The notes under the pieces were generated by a model. That model made no database searches and was not told the origin of the DNA. It saw nothing but the letters and a program-made list of their open reading frames with translations. Of a stretch of DNA of 59,889 nt, positions 10,425 to 20,240 are shown piece by piece. The stretch's first letter is position 1, and every line of letters begins with the position of its first letter. The translations under genes and the position numbers were made by a program. Source of the DNA: Chryseobacterium sp. (GTDB lineage Bacteria > Bacteroidota > Bacteroidia > Flavobacteriales > Weeksellaceae); assembly GCF_022712095.1 (NCBI RefSeq), contig NZ_JALAHD010000085.1:1-59889 (forward strand), read 5' to 3'.

Positions 10425-11097
10425 TTTCCCTTTTTTTTACAAAATGATTAAATTCAAATAATTCTTTCGCAGTATCATCCCAGTTTTTTCTGGGCAGTAA
10501 TTGAAGCGTTACAAAAACGTCCTCTTTTTTATTATAGGAATCAATACGTTCCAACCGTCCATGATAATCCTTTTCGGCATGTCTGTACAGTGAATAAGGT
10601 AAAATAGTATCCGTAGGATTGATATAAAACCTTGTATAGGTCCAGGGAGAATTGATCTCAAAACGTTTGTATTTCTTATGGAATAATATGGTATCGGACA
10701 GGTTTCTTCTGTTCCTATAGTTGGGAATCCATTCTTTTGAAAACACAGCTCCTTCTTTCTTTTTCCAAACCAGAAAAGGCTGTTGTTTCCTGGAAAGATC
10801 AGAAAAGATGAGATCGCGCTCCATGAGGTCAATTGAATAACAGAGTGAATCCCTGATATAATATACCTGTCTGTTAATTTCGGGAAATGAAAGGTCCGGA
10901 ACATATTCTATAAGCTGATCGTGAGAATAATTTATTTTCGAGACATGAAAGCTCTGCATATTGTCCAGTCCCTTGGACGCATCAAAATAGATATTGGAAA
11001 TCAAATCAATTCCGCCTTTCTCGGATTTGATTTCTTTGTGACAGGAACTGATAGTGAAAAGAAAAAGCAGGTATGGCAGTATTAAATGTATTTTCAT
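10417..11097 (-). CDS. Lipoprotein of unknown function
   Basis: Hydrophobic signal with ISSC lipobox; overlaps the helicase start. Confidence 0.75.
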   Translation of the reverse strand: MKIHLILPYLLFLFTISSCHKEIKSEKGGIDLISNIYFDASKGLDNMQSFHVSKINYSHDQLIEYVPDLSFPEINRQVYYIRDSLCYSIDLMERDLIFSDLSRKQQPFLVWKKKEGAVFSKEWIPNYRNRRNLSDTILFHKKYKRFEINSPWTYTRFYINPTDTILPYSLYRHAEKDYHGRLERIDSYNKKEDVFVTLQLLPRKNWDDTAKELFEFNHFVKKRESE

Positions 11098-11112
11098 AGG
11101 GATTGATTTAAA

Positions 11113-11147
11113 GAAAGCGGCAAATCATTATCAGACTTACCGCTTTC
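11113..11147 (-). terminator. Stem-loop / probable intrinsic terminator
   Basis: Minus strand GAAAGCGGTAAGTC...GATTTGCCGCTTTC followed by TTT. Confidence 0.55.
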
Positions 11148-11168
11148 AGATAATTGGTAAGGAAATTT

Positions 11169-13148
11169 TTATCGTTTGATGCTTTGCTCTCTTACATTGG
11201 CTTTATCATGTTCTCTCTCATCTTCCAAACCCTGCAAAGGCTTGTTGGTATTGATCCTGTTCATATCCTGATCATACAAGTTCAGATTTTTGTACTGGGG
11301 GTTGAGAACCGCTTTTCCTTCTATAACCCCGTCGTCCAATTCAAACTTCACCTTAACCACGTTGCCTTTTTCCAAAGATTTTATGGTATTCTCCTTATAT
11401 TCAGGCTTATCAAATACCAGATTGGACTTTTCTACAATTTCAGCAGTATCAATACCATAATTTTTATAAAAATTCTGGAAATTATAATTTCCTTTTTCTG
11501 TTTTGGGCTCTTTAAAATCGAGCTTAACAAAGGCAGGCTCTACCTGATCTGTTTTCGGATTGTGAAATTCTATTTTCACGGAACGCCCTTCCAGAAGATT
11601 AACGGCCTCTTTAGCAGTAAAGGTGTTTTCTTTGCTCACATAAAAATTGTGGGAAAAACTTTCATTTTTTTCATTTTTCAGCGTTGCCTGGTAAGAATTA
11701 AAGAAAACACCTCCATTTTCGCTTTTATTGAATTTCAAACTAAAGTCTACGGTATTTCCGGGCAGTGCCTTATCTGAGACCACCTTGATTTCAAACTGCT
11801 GTTTGGGAGACTCAATACCTTTTTCCAAATCTTTGTGAAGTGTTGAATCTTCGCCAAAGCCAAGGTATTTTAACTGGTCTTTTAGGTATTGAACCTGATC
11901 GAATTCTTTTGTTGTTTCCATAATGTTGGGATTTTGATTGTTATTAATTGATTTATGATGAATCAGGGCCAGAAGTCTTTTTATTTCATTATCAATAAAA
12001 GACATAGCAATGATATCATCGTTCACTTGTTCTATTTTAAACTGTTCTTTCTTTAGCTTTAATAAATTTTCTAATTCGCCATCGGATAGATTCATTAATT
12101 CACTGTTGCTATATCCCTCAATGGTCGTTTCCAAATGGGGATTATTTTTTCCTATTTGAGGAGCTTCATAGGTTTTCCTTTCATTATTAGCATGATCTTC
12201 ATTAATGGCTTTAATGGTAGCTTTAGTTTCAGCAGAAAACTGATTAGACAGGTCATGCATTAAGGCTTTGAATGCATCCGGTGCGCTTTCGACATTGGAT
12301 TCATGGATCATATGAATATCAAAATTGTACCTGTCAAAAACTGAATAAACATTTTCTAAAAAAAGGTTATATTTTTCCATCTTTATCTTCTGGGATTCCT
12401 TTGCTTTCTCATAAAAAGATTCTCCCCTATCATAAGAATCATCCATGAAGTCGTAAAAATCAGGCTGTACTGGCGGTTCTGTAAAAATGTATGTCAGAAC
12501 TTCCTTCTTTAACGATTCATCTGCATTTTGAAGAAATAATGCCAGTTCCAACGTCTTAATAGATTTCGGATGGGTAAAATCAAACATACTTTCCTGCTCT
12601 TTTTCATAGTACTTATTAAGCATATCCTTGAGTTCATCAAGCTTCAATGCTCTGTTCTCTGCAATACCTGAATTCTCGATTACTGGTTCTCTACTTTCAG
12701 GATAAGAAGCATTAATTTCATTTTTAGAACTTTTATACTCAAGAATTTTTAAAAACTTGATTTCTTTTGCCGTAAAGACTCTTTCACCATCCTGAAAAAA
12801 ATGTTCAGGTGATGTATTTTCTTTTTCTTTTACAAAATCTTTATAAGCCCGGGTTAGAGGAGTAATATTCTTATCATACCAGCTTAGATCATTTGTTGTT
12901 CGCATAATGCCTTGATCTTGATTGTTTGTAATATGGTCTTGTAATTGTTGTCCTAAATTGATGGGTCGTAAATCAAATGGTTCTGCATCCAGTCCATAAT
13001 CAAACGTATAGCCGATAGCTTCGCATTCTTTCTGAAAAATCTCACAATCATTATAATCAAGTCCCCGGTACGCTGCTTTTTCCTGCCATTTATCACAGAC
13101 CGTCTTCAATTCCTCCGGAAGTAGGTTGTAATCTTCAAATAAATCCAT
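11169..13148 (-). CDS. ICE hypothetical protein; the C-terminal part is a Bacteroidota conjugative-element domain
   Basis: 659 aa ORF; C-terminal QYLKDQLKYLGFGE...FTAKEAVNLLEGRSV...SLEKGN pattern. Confidence 0.7.
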   Translation of the reverse strand: MDLFEDYNLLPEELKTVCDKWQEKAAYRGLDYNDCEIFQKECEAIGYTFDYGLDAEPFDLRPINLGQQLQDHITNNQDQGIMRTTNDLSWYDKNITPLTRAYKDFVKEKENTSPEHFFQDGERVFTAKEIKFLKILEYKSSKNEINASYPESREPVIENSGIAENRALKLDELKDMLNKYYEKEQESMFDFTHPKSIKTLELALFLQNADESLKKEVLTYIFTEPPVQPDFYDFMDDSYDRGESFYEKAKESQKIKMEKYNLFLENVYSVFDRYNFDIHMIHESNVESAPDAFKALMHDLSNQFSAETKATIKAINEDHANNERKTYEAPQIGKNNPHLETTIEGYSNSELMNLSDGELENLLKLKKEQFKIEQVNDDIIAMSFIDNEIKRLLALIHHKSINNNQNPNIMETTKEFDQVQYLKDQLKYLGFGEDSTLHKDLEKGIESPKQQFEIKVVSDKALPGNTVDFSLKFNKSENGGVFFNSYQATLKNEKNESFSHNFYVSKENTFTAKEAVNLLEGRSVKIEFHNPKTDQVEPAFVKLDFKEPKTEKGNYNFQNFYKNYGIDTAEIVEKSNLVFDKPEYKENTIKSLEKGNVVKVKFELDDGVIEGKAVLNPQYKNLNLYDQDMNRINTNKPLQGLEDEREHDKANVREQSIKR

Positions 13149-13204
13149 TTTAAAATTTTATTTTTATATATTCTGAAACAGTTTATCAGGGGCATCCATA
13201 GGAT

Positions 13205-13909
13205 TTATCTTCTAAACCTTCGCTTTTCTTCTTGCTCCTGCCCCTCTTTTTCTCTCATTCGGTTGGCATCCTGATAGAGATCAGGATCATTTACATCCAG
13301 CCTGATATCAGATTTTTCTTTTTGATTAAGATTTTGCTGGGTAAGAATTTCATCAACTGTACTGATCTCTTTTGAGATAATATTCAACTCATTAGTAATT
13401 TCTTTAGCGATCTCAGGCGGAAGTTCCACTTCCAATTTATCGAGGATAAATGCCTTAAGCTTTAGTAATTCAAATTTATATCGCGCGGTTTCAGTTGCAT
13501 CTCTTAGATCAGCAATAATTGCCGTTAATTCCGTTGTATGCCTGATGAAATCAAACTCTGCTACTATGCCGGTGTCCTTATCGAAAATAAAGGCTTTCTT
13601 TTCCAGTGCCGGAACCTCCGGTGGCAATTTATTAGAGAGTTCCTTTATGTCAGAATATTCGATTCTCTTTTCACTGTTTTTAAGGATTTCCGAGATGCTT
13701 TTATCCCTTTCCAAAAAAATTACTTTTAGTCTGGTATTATCATCCGTGAGCTGAAAAGTTGCCCTTTTTGTATCGTTGTCAGCGACAATAGTGTATCCCT
13801 GTAAGAATTTCTGAATATCTTCTGTGCTTAGTTTTTTGGAAAATGTATGGTCTTCACCAATAATGCCATATTTTTTCAGTTCGTCTGTAGGTAAATTGCT
13901 GTTTTTCAT
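13205..13909 (-). CDS. Hypothetical ICE protein
   Basis: 234 aa ORF in operon context; basic C-terminal tail (KRRFRR). Confidence 0.7.
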   Translation of the reverse strand: MKNSNLPTDELKKYGIIGEDHTFSKKLSTEDIQKFLQGYTIVADNDTKRATFQLTDDNTRLKVIFLERDKSISEILKNSEKRIEYSDIKELSNKLPPEVPALEKKAFIFDKDTGIVAEFDFIRHTTELTAIIADLRDATETARYKFELLKLKAFILDKLEVELPPEIAKEITNELNIISKEISTVDEILTQQNLNQKEKSDIRLDVNDPDLYQDANRMREKEGQEQEEKRRFRR

Positions 13910-13920
13910 TGTTAATGTAT

Positions 13921-14802
13921 TTAGTAGGGGTTGTATGTTGCTGTCTTAGTATTATGATAGGTTGCCATGAGATGAGTGGCTTTTATTAAATCATTTAAAA
14001 AATGAGTAGGGTTAATGCTTTGTCCGAATTCTTTCACCGAAAAATGCAGGTGAGGCCCTGTAGAATTCCCGGTATTCCCGCTTCTTCCCAAGATAAATCC
14101 GGCTTTCACGAACTCTCCGGTCCGATAATAAATCTCAGAAAGATGCAGGTAGCTTGTCTCAAATCGGCCATAGTGGAGGATCTTGATATAATTGCCTCCG
14201 GTCGCTGACCGGCCCACTGCCGTTACGACTCCGTCCATGACTGCATATACATTTTCATAATATGCTTTCAGGTCAATACCATTGTGCATTTTCCGGTTTC
14301 CGGAAATGGGATGAACCCGTGTCCCGTAAGAAGAAGTGATCGCCATCTTACCCGCCAAAGGCATTACAACTTTTGATAAAGATTCTTTAGGCTCCTCCAC
14401 AAAGTCATATAAAGCCGGGGAACTTTGATTTTCTAAAAGATCCATTTGTTGTTCGGCTCTACGCTTGGTGGCCAATAGCAAAGAATCTTTCATTTTTTGA
14501 AAGCTCTCTTTTCCAGAATTATTGGTATACTTGTACTTTTTTAACAGTATTTTTAAAGAATCCAATTCATTTTTTAAATCCGACCTTGTTGTCGTATTGA
14601 ATATTTTTTTCCAGAAATTTTTCCCATTTTTGGGATCAATAGGTTTCTCTTCTTTTGTAAATTCAATACGGGATTGACTTTCGGGCTTTTGAGGCTGTGC
14701 AGGCATTATGGTATTGAATTGGGCAAACGTAAAACTGTTTACCAACAGAAGCATGAAGACCACCATCTTGTAAATTCGGTTGCTAATTATTTTACTCTTC
14801 AT
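13921..14802 (-). CDS. M23 family metallopeptidase (peptidoglycan hydrolase)
   Basis: Signal peptide, HNGIDL, YLHLS, GNSTGPHLHF. Confidence 0.92.
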   Translation of the reverse strand: MKSKIISNRIYKMVVFMLLLVNSFTFAQFNTIMPAQPQKPESQSRIEFTKEEKPIDPKNGKNFWKKIFNTTTRSDLKNELDSLKILLKKYKYTNNSGKESFQKMKDSLLLATKRRAEQQMDLLENQSSPALYDFVEEPKESLSKVVMPLAGKMAITSSYGTRVHPISGNRKMHNGIDLKAYYENVYAVMDGVVTAVGRSATGGNYIKILHYGRFETSYLHLSEIYYRTGEFVKAGFILGRSGNTGNSTGPHLHFSVKEFGQSINPTHFLNDLIKATHLMATYHNTKTATYNPY

Positions 14803-14806
14803 ATGA

Positions 14807-16795
14807 TTATGCTTTTACTGATTCTCTGACAATTAATTCTACTTCCTTATTGATTTTCCTGAAGTTGGTCATTAAGACTTCTTCTTTGCGGTTAACTCCT
14901 GTCCTATCCACAAAGGAGTAATAGGAAGGCATGGGCGGAAGTTCTGCTTCCTCTTTTTTAATACTTTTCATATCCAGGTTTATTTTACCGTTCACAGCAG
15001 AGGTTTTGTATTCTTCGGTATCATTTTCTTCTCCCTGGGCGATCATCCCCACCATTTCTCCGGTTTTAAGTGCCGCGATTTTTCCGGCAGGAATCATATG
15101 GTCCATTTTCTCATTGATACTGGTGGTCGTACCTTGCTGGGAGATGGATTGGGAATACGACTTCTGCTTTATTTTTCCAAATAATTTTTCAAGCCAATCC
15201 AAGGTATTCTTATCCCTTGCAGAGCCGGACAGGATATTTCCGACAATGGCAGAAATGGTATCTGCAACTTCTTTCTTATAAAACTGGCGAAGCTGTGGAA
15301 GCTCCTGAAGCCCTAGCATTACAGCAACCCTGTTGCTTCTTGCCGTAGCAACGACATTATCAATTTTATGGATGTAAATCGTAGGAAATTCATCAGCAAT
15401 AATACCTCCCGGAAGATTACCTTTGGAGTTGATCAATCTTAAAGTCCTGTTAAGCACCGAAGAATACAAAGCAGAGTTGATGTCCTGAGTTCCCGGGTCT
15501 GACGCTAAAATAACAATGGAAGGATTGTTCCGGTCTGTTATTTTGAGTTCTACTTCATCCCCTGAAAACACCCAAAAGCTTTCTTTGGTAGCCAGTCGGG
15601 AAAGGAAAATCTTCAATGTTCCTACCTGCCCCTCCAATTGGTCAAAAGCTTTGTTATCATAGGCTGATTTAAAAGGTGATAACAAAGAATACAGCTCTTC
15701 ATGGCCAAAAAGTGTATCAAATATTTCCTTATAGCTTCGGTTCATAAAGGAAAGGATGTGGGGCAGATCCGAATACTTCCCGTTTTCGTGGGTCGCAAAA
15801 AAATAAATACAGGATGAAAGGAAATTAATCGCTGATTGGGTAAAGAACTGGTCAGCCCCACCTCCGGAACTGGTACTGCCTTTTTGTAAAGAAGACACCA
15901 TAGCCTCAGCCATTTCCTGTGCTTCGGCTAACGTCTTTACGTACTCCTTTTTGAAAGGGTTCACTCTTTTTGATTTCTCCACTTCATTGAGATTGATAAC
16001 ATTGAAACTGTAATTAAAATTGGAATCTTTACTTTTCTTCATTAAATAATGGTAATAGGCTATCTGTGCCAGGTCGGGAAATTTGAAGTCGTAAATCATC
16101 AGACAAAATCCTTTAGCTATCATCTGCCTGATGGCGGGATTGATCACTCCGAAAGATTTACCGGAACCTGGCACACCAATCACCATCGTCCCCCGGAAAG
16201 GATTAATATTCATCCAGCCTTTATTGCTTTTCCCTTTATACCTAAATAAATAAGGGATATTAATCATCATGTCGGATTCTACTAATTCCTGGTTCTGGTC
16301 AAAAGATTCTTCCTCGACATTCCATCGGTCTTTTCCCATTTTCTGCTGCATCAGCTTAGAGATGCTGTCAGCTCCCATTTGAAGAACAACCGCTCCCAAA
16401 AACGATAAAAAAGCATACACAACCTGGTAAAGACTCATTCCGGGAAATATTTTAGGAAGTGAAGGATTTCCGGCTTTATCCTGCAAAACCAAAGAGGAAA
16501 ACATCATCAGGAGTCCCAATACCATAGGAACTACTATTTCCATAGCGATATGAAGGTCTTTCTTTTTCTTAGCTTTTGTTCCTACAGCCACTAATCCTAT
16601 CAATAGTAGTGTCGCCAGTTTAGCATTGACAGGAGGATAAATGAAACTCATTCTGGAAAAATTCTTCAATAAGCCAGATACCACCGGAATATTGGCATGC
16701 AGATAAAATAGTGAAGCACAATCCAGCGCTACCACGGCATATACCGCCTTCTGAATGAAGCCGTAAATCCTGATCTGATGTTGTTGTTCTTGCAT
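14807..16795 (-). CDS. mobC: Type IV coupling protein (VirD4/TraD-like; CTn MobC)
   Basis: N-terminal TM helices, GVPGSGKS Walker A, IYDFKFPDL, IIADEFPT Walker B. Confidence 0.9.
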   Translation of the reverse strand: MQEQQHQIRIYGFIQKAVYAVVALDCASLFYLHANIPVVSGLLKNFSRMSFIYPPVNAKLATLLLIGLVAVGTKAKKKKDLHIAMEIVVPMVLGLLMMFSSLVLQDKAGNPSLPKIFPGMSLYQVVYAFLSFLGAVVLQMGADSISKLMQQKMGKDRWNVEEESFDQNQELVESDMMINIPYLFRYKGKSNKGWMNINPFRGTMVIGVPGSGKSFGVINPAIRQMIAKGFCLMIYDFKFPDLAQIAYYHYLMKKSKDSNFNYSFNVINLNEVEKSKRVNPFKKEYVKTLAEAQEMAEAMVSSLQKGSTSSGGGADQFFTQSAINFLSSCIYFFATHENGKYSDLPHILSFMNRSYKEIFDTLFGHEELYSLLSPFKSAYDNKAFDQLEGQVGTLKIFLSRLATKESFWVFSGDEVELKITDRNNPSIVILASDPGTQDINSALYSSVLNRTLRLINSKGNLPGGIIADEFPTIYIHKIDNVVATARSNRVAVMLGLQELPQLRQFYKKEVADTISAIVGNILSGSARDKNTLDWLEKLFGKIKQKSYSQSISQQGTTTSINEKMDHMIPAGKIAALKTGEMVGMIAQGEENDTEEYKTSAVNGKINLDMKSIKKEEAELPPMPSYYSFVDRTGVNRKEEVLMTNFRKINKEVELIVRESVKA

Positions 16796-17124
16796 TAGGA
16801 ATAGTTTTCAAAAAAATTGTCCAGTGATGGCTCCTTCTCAGCCTGGTTATCATGCTGCTTCTGCCGTTGCAATTTTTCATGATCTTCCTGTATTTTAACA
16901 AGATTGGCATTTAGCAGATTCAATTGATCAATTAATTGACGTCCTCTTTTTTCAACCTTTTCTAAAATATATGATCGGTTTACCTCTTCAGCTATGTTCT
17001 CATACCAATTTTTAAGGATGAGCAGCTGCTCATAGTCCTGTATAAGTTCTTTTCGCTTTTTTTCAAAAATGATCATACCCATACAGTAGCAGATCATTGC
17101 TAGGATGATTAAGTTTAACTCCAT
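16795..17124 (-). CDS. Small membrane-anchored coiled-coil protein
   Basis: 109 aa, N-terminal hydrophobic helix, coupled to the coupling-protein start. Confidence 0.65.
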   Translation of the reverse strand: MELNLIILAMICYCMGMIIFEKKRKELIQDYEQLLILKNWYENIAEEVNRSYILEKVEKRGRQLIDQLNLLNANLVKIQEDHEKLQRQKQHDNQAEKEPSLDNFFENYS

Positions 17125-17165
17125 TGTAATTATGGTTATTTTAAAAATTGGAAGCGGAACTTCCG

Positions 17166-18035
17166 CTAAAAAGTATCGGCTTTTAAAATGTCCGAATAAT
17201 TGATTCTCATTTCGATGGTTCTTCCGGAGAGCTGCTCTTCAATCAGGCGGATCATCATTACCTTAGAGTTTGGATAGGTAAATTTTTTGAACACATAGAT
17301 ATTCCGGAAATTCTTCATGAAATGCTTCTGAGGGTTCAGCTGGAATAATGGGGTCATCTCGATACTTTGGTTGTTGGTCGCCTTATGGATCTTTTTATCT
17401 TCTACGGAGAATTTCAAAGCTTCGATATCATAACTTAAGTTGGAGCTGTTTTTAAAGGTCATATCCAAAAAGATGTAATCACTTATAACATAGACATTAT
17501 TAAGCTGAACACTGAGCCCGAGATTCTTCTCTTCCCGGATGGGATTTTTTTCTGATTTGTTCTGAATAATATTCATCGCAAATTTTCTCAGCTCAAGATT
17601 GGAGAAAACCATTTTATCAAATTCTATGGGCTGCATTTCTTCCGGCTGGATATGGATATTGGTAACGGTGTTCAGGTTTTCAGGATTCCTATATACTGCT
17701 TTATACTGGGCAATAAAAGACTGACCCACCACCGTGATAATGCCGAGGTTTGGGTTCCATTTTTCTTGGGTTCCATATCCTGATTCTTGTATCTTGGCTG
17801 CCGAATCTCTTTCTACAATTTTAACCCGGGCAATCTGGGCTGAAGGTAAATCTCCCGTGAGCTGCTTAGTGGACAGGTCCACATATTGAATGGGTTCCGG
17901 AGAAATAATATGAAGACTGATACCTTCGGTAATTTCGAGTTCCGGCAAATCCGAAATGAGCTGTTCTTTAGTGACAGTTTGCGCGTGGAAAAATGAGGCT
18001 GTAAAAATTATTAAGACATACAATATCGTTTTCAT
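17166..18035 (-). CDS. traN: Conjugative transposon TraN (VirB9-like)
   Basis: Signal peptide, HIISPEPIQYVDLS, FKKFTYP...EEQLSGR; follows traM. Confidence 0.88.
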   Translation of the reverse strand: MKTILYVLIIFTASFFHAQTVTKEQLISDLPELEITEGISLHIISPEPIQYVDLSTKQLTGDLPSAQIARVKIVERDSAAKIQESGYGTQEKWNPNLGIITVVGQSFIAQYKAVYRNPENLNTVTNIHIQPEEMQPIEFDKMVFSNLELRKFAMNIIQNKSEKNPIREEKNLGLSVQLNNVYVISDYIFLDMTFKNSSNLSYDIEALKFSVEDKKIHKATNNQSIEMTPLFQLNPQKHFMKNFRNIYVFKKFTYPNSKVMMIRLIEEQLSGRTIEMRINYSDILKADTF

Positions 18036-18039
18036 AAGT

Positions 18040-19254
18040 TTATTTTTTTTGTTGGTTTTGTGAATCTTTCAATTGTTTTTCGTCAATTAGCAGTACATAA
18101 GAGTTGTATTTCAATTTGGCTTTGTTGGTTTTAATCAGGTTGGCAATGGATTTGGAAGTGGATGTGAATAATTTGGAGCCGATGCTGGTAAAAAATCCCT
18201 GTCCTCCCATATCCATCTGCGTTCCCTGCACAGAGTTGCTTCCCATTTCCCGGATCATATCCCGGAAAACGCTCTCCGGAACATACAATCCCTTCATGCC
18301 GTCGACATCATAAACCGATAAATTGACCGGATATATTTCTCCTTTGGTGAATACGGATACGATACTGAGATTCACCCTTTGCATTGCAAACCCTGAAATC
18401 TGCCCATAGAGTATGGAACCTTTGCTTAGCTTTTTGTTTCCCACAAAAACGTCTTCCAATAACCTTAACCGGATCCGGCTTCCTAAATATCCCTTGTTAT
18501 TTTCATCAATGACCGCTTTGATAAAGCTGTTTTCCTTTTCTTTGTAAAAAGCATTGAATTCAGTGTTGATACCTGATTTGCTGACATTGAAGGTCGAATT
18601 CAGGAATTCCTCCATTTTTTCTTTGTTGGCTTTGAGCCTTTCCTCTGCTGCCAGCTTACTTTGGTATTCCGGGTCTCTTGCTTTTTCCAAAGAATCCATA
18701 ACCAGCATCTGCTGTTTCAGGTATTTGACCGGATCAGGAGCCTGCTCTTTATTTTGAGATTTTACACTTAGATTTTCAGAGACATACTCGCTTTCAGGCT
18801 TGCCATAGGATTGAGCGTTCAGCATCCGGATAATTTCCGAAGACCTCTTATAATCCCTGTCATCTTTCTGTTCCTGTTTCGGGTTATAGTAAGAAGATAA
18901 ATTTCCTTTCGATTGATATCCGTTTTGCCTCCCGGACACTGCTTTAAGCGAATCTATTTTTCTCTTCTGAGCTAATGACAGCTGGTCTTCGTAGCTCAAT
19001 AGGCTGTCCTTTTCTTTACCCAACCCTTCGAGCATTGTCCTATTATCCTCTTTTTTGAAGAATGCATCATAGGCATCATTTTTACTCATAATCGAATCCT
19101 GCGACTCACCAAGGGAAATGGAGAGTTCTTTGTGCTTCTCTTTGGGCTGTTCTTCTTTGGCGAACTGGGTTCCTACATAGACAAAAAGCAGCAGAAACGG
19201 TAATGCCAGAAGGGGCAGGATGTATTTCTTCTGTTTGAAATCAAATTTTTTCAT
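18040..19254 (-). CDS. traM: Conjugative transposon TraM (VirB10-like)
   Basis: N-terminal TM, IKAVIDE, GSRIRLRLLED, VYDVDGMKGLYVP. Confidence 0.92.
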   Translation of the reverse strand: MKKFDFKQKKYILPLLALPFLLLFVYVGTQFAKEEQPKEKHKELSISLGESQDSIMSKNDAYDAFFKKEDNRTMLEGLGKEKDSLLSYEDQLSLAQKRKIDSLKAVSGRQNGYQSKGNLSSYYNPKQEQKDDRDYKRSSEIIRMLNAQSYGKPESEYVSENLSVKSQNKEQAPDPVKYLKQQMLVMDSLEKARDPEYQSKLAAEERLKANKEKMEEFLNSTFNVSKSGINTEFNAFYKEKENSFIKAVIDENNKGYLGSRIRLRLLEDVFVGNKKLSKGSILYGQISGFAMQRVNLSIVSVFTKGEIYPVNLSVYDVDGMKGLYVPESVFRDMIREMGSNSVQGTQMDMGGQGFFTSIGSKLFTSTSKSIANLIKTNKAKLKYNSYVLLIDEKQLKDSQNQQKK

Positions 19255-19601
19255 TGAGTTTTTAATTTTTGAAATTGGTTAAACAAATATTCAATCCTCA
19301 GGCTGTCTTCTTTCTGTAATTGCTTCCTGTCTCTTTTCACTTTTAAAACCTTAAGCTCTTCCACAATCTTTTTGATCTCTCTTTCATTGTTTACAGTGGG
19401 GCTCTGAGCCATCTGGCTTTTGGAATAAAGGACAGGTGGTTTAATGGTAAATACTGTCCCCAAGGGAAAGAAAATTCCCTGGATCAGAGAACCTATGAAT
19501 GACACTGACAAAAAAATCATCGAATAGGCAAAAAACTTTTTTGGGTGATGGACAATCCATTGCAGGCATTTCTGTCCGGCTTGTTTGAATGAAGTATTCA
19601 T
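19251..19601 (-). CDS. Small membrane protein in the TraL position
   Basis: One TM helix, DSLRIE motif, between traK and traM. Confidence 0.65.
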   Translation of the reverse strand: MNTSFKQAGQKCLQWIVHHPKKFFAYSMIFLSVSFIGSLIQGIFFPLGTVFTIKPPVLYSKSQMAQSPTVNNEREIKKIVEELKVLKVKRDRKQLQKEDSLRIEYLFNQFQKLKTQ

Positions 19602-19603
19602 GG

Positions 19604-20218
19604 TTAGTACGAATTTTTGGTTTGGTTAGAGATTTCTTCATTATCAAGGATGCGCCAGTTTGTAAGCATTACTCCATGTGGGTTATTGGGACTCCGGATA
19701 ATGTCCTCAAAGAAACCTTCGGTGATAAGCTTTCGGGTAATTACGGATGATTTTCTTGTGATCATCTGCTTCCCGAAAAAGGCGAATTTCTTTTGTTCCA
19801 TATCAAGCTTAACCGAATCGGTATGAATGCTTACCATCGAACTTGAAGCAATGATCTGATTATAAAAGCCTTTTTCCCTAAGGTTGGTATATTCTTTCTT
19901 TCCGCTGTCATCGATGAGATACAATGATTTCTGGATATTATCCTTGATATAGGTATCGTCAGGCGCCAATGTGAAAAATAACCGATGAAAGAGTTCAATC
20001 TGGGCTTTGTATTCAACGGGCCTGTTGAGTAAAACATCCGTCTGCTTTGCCAAAACCGGGACACCATTATCCAGGATGTAAATGGATTTCCTAGAATCTT
20101 CAATCATTTTATAAGCGAAGAAAAATCCTGCAAAGACAATAAAAACGGCAAAGGCAATGGCAGCCAGAGAAACCACCTTATTCACCTTGATTCTTTGTTC
20201 TATATTTTTGATAAGCAT
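19604..20218 (-). CDS. traK: Conjugative transposon TraK (VirB8-like)
   Basis: IYILDNG, FHRLFFTLAPD, RSPNNPHG. Confidence 0.93.
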   Translation of the reverse strand: MLIKNIEQRIKVNKVVSLAAIAFAVFIVFAGFFFAYKMIEDSRKSIYILDNGVPVLAKQTDVLLNRPVEYKAQIELFHRLFFTLAPDDTYIKDNIQKSLYLIDDSGKKEYTNLREKGFYNQIIASSSMVSIHTDSVKLDMEQKKFAFFGKQMITRKSSVITRKLITEGFFEDIIRSPNNPHGVMLTNWRILDNEEISNQTKNSY

Positions 20219-20240
20219 TTTATGGTAATATTTTTCGAGA

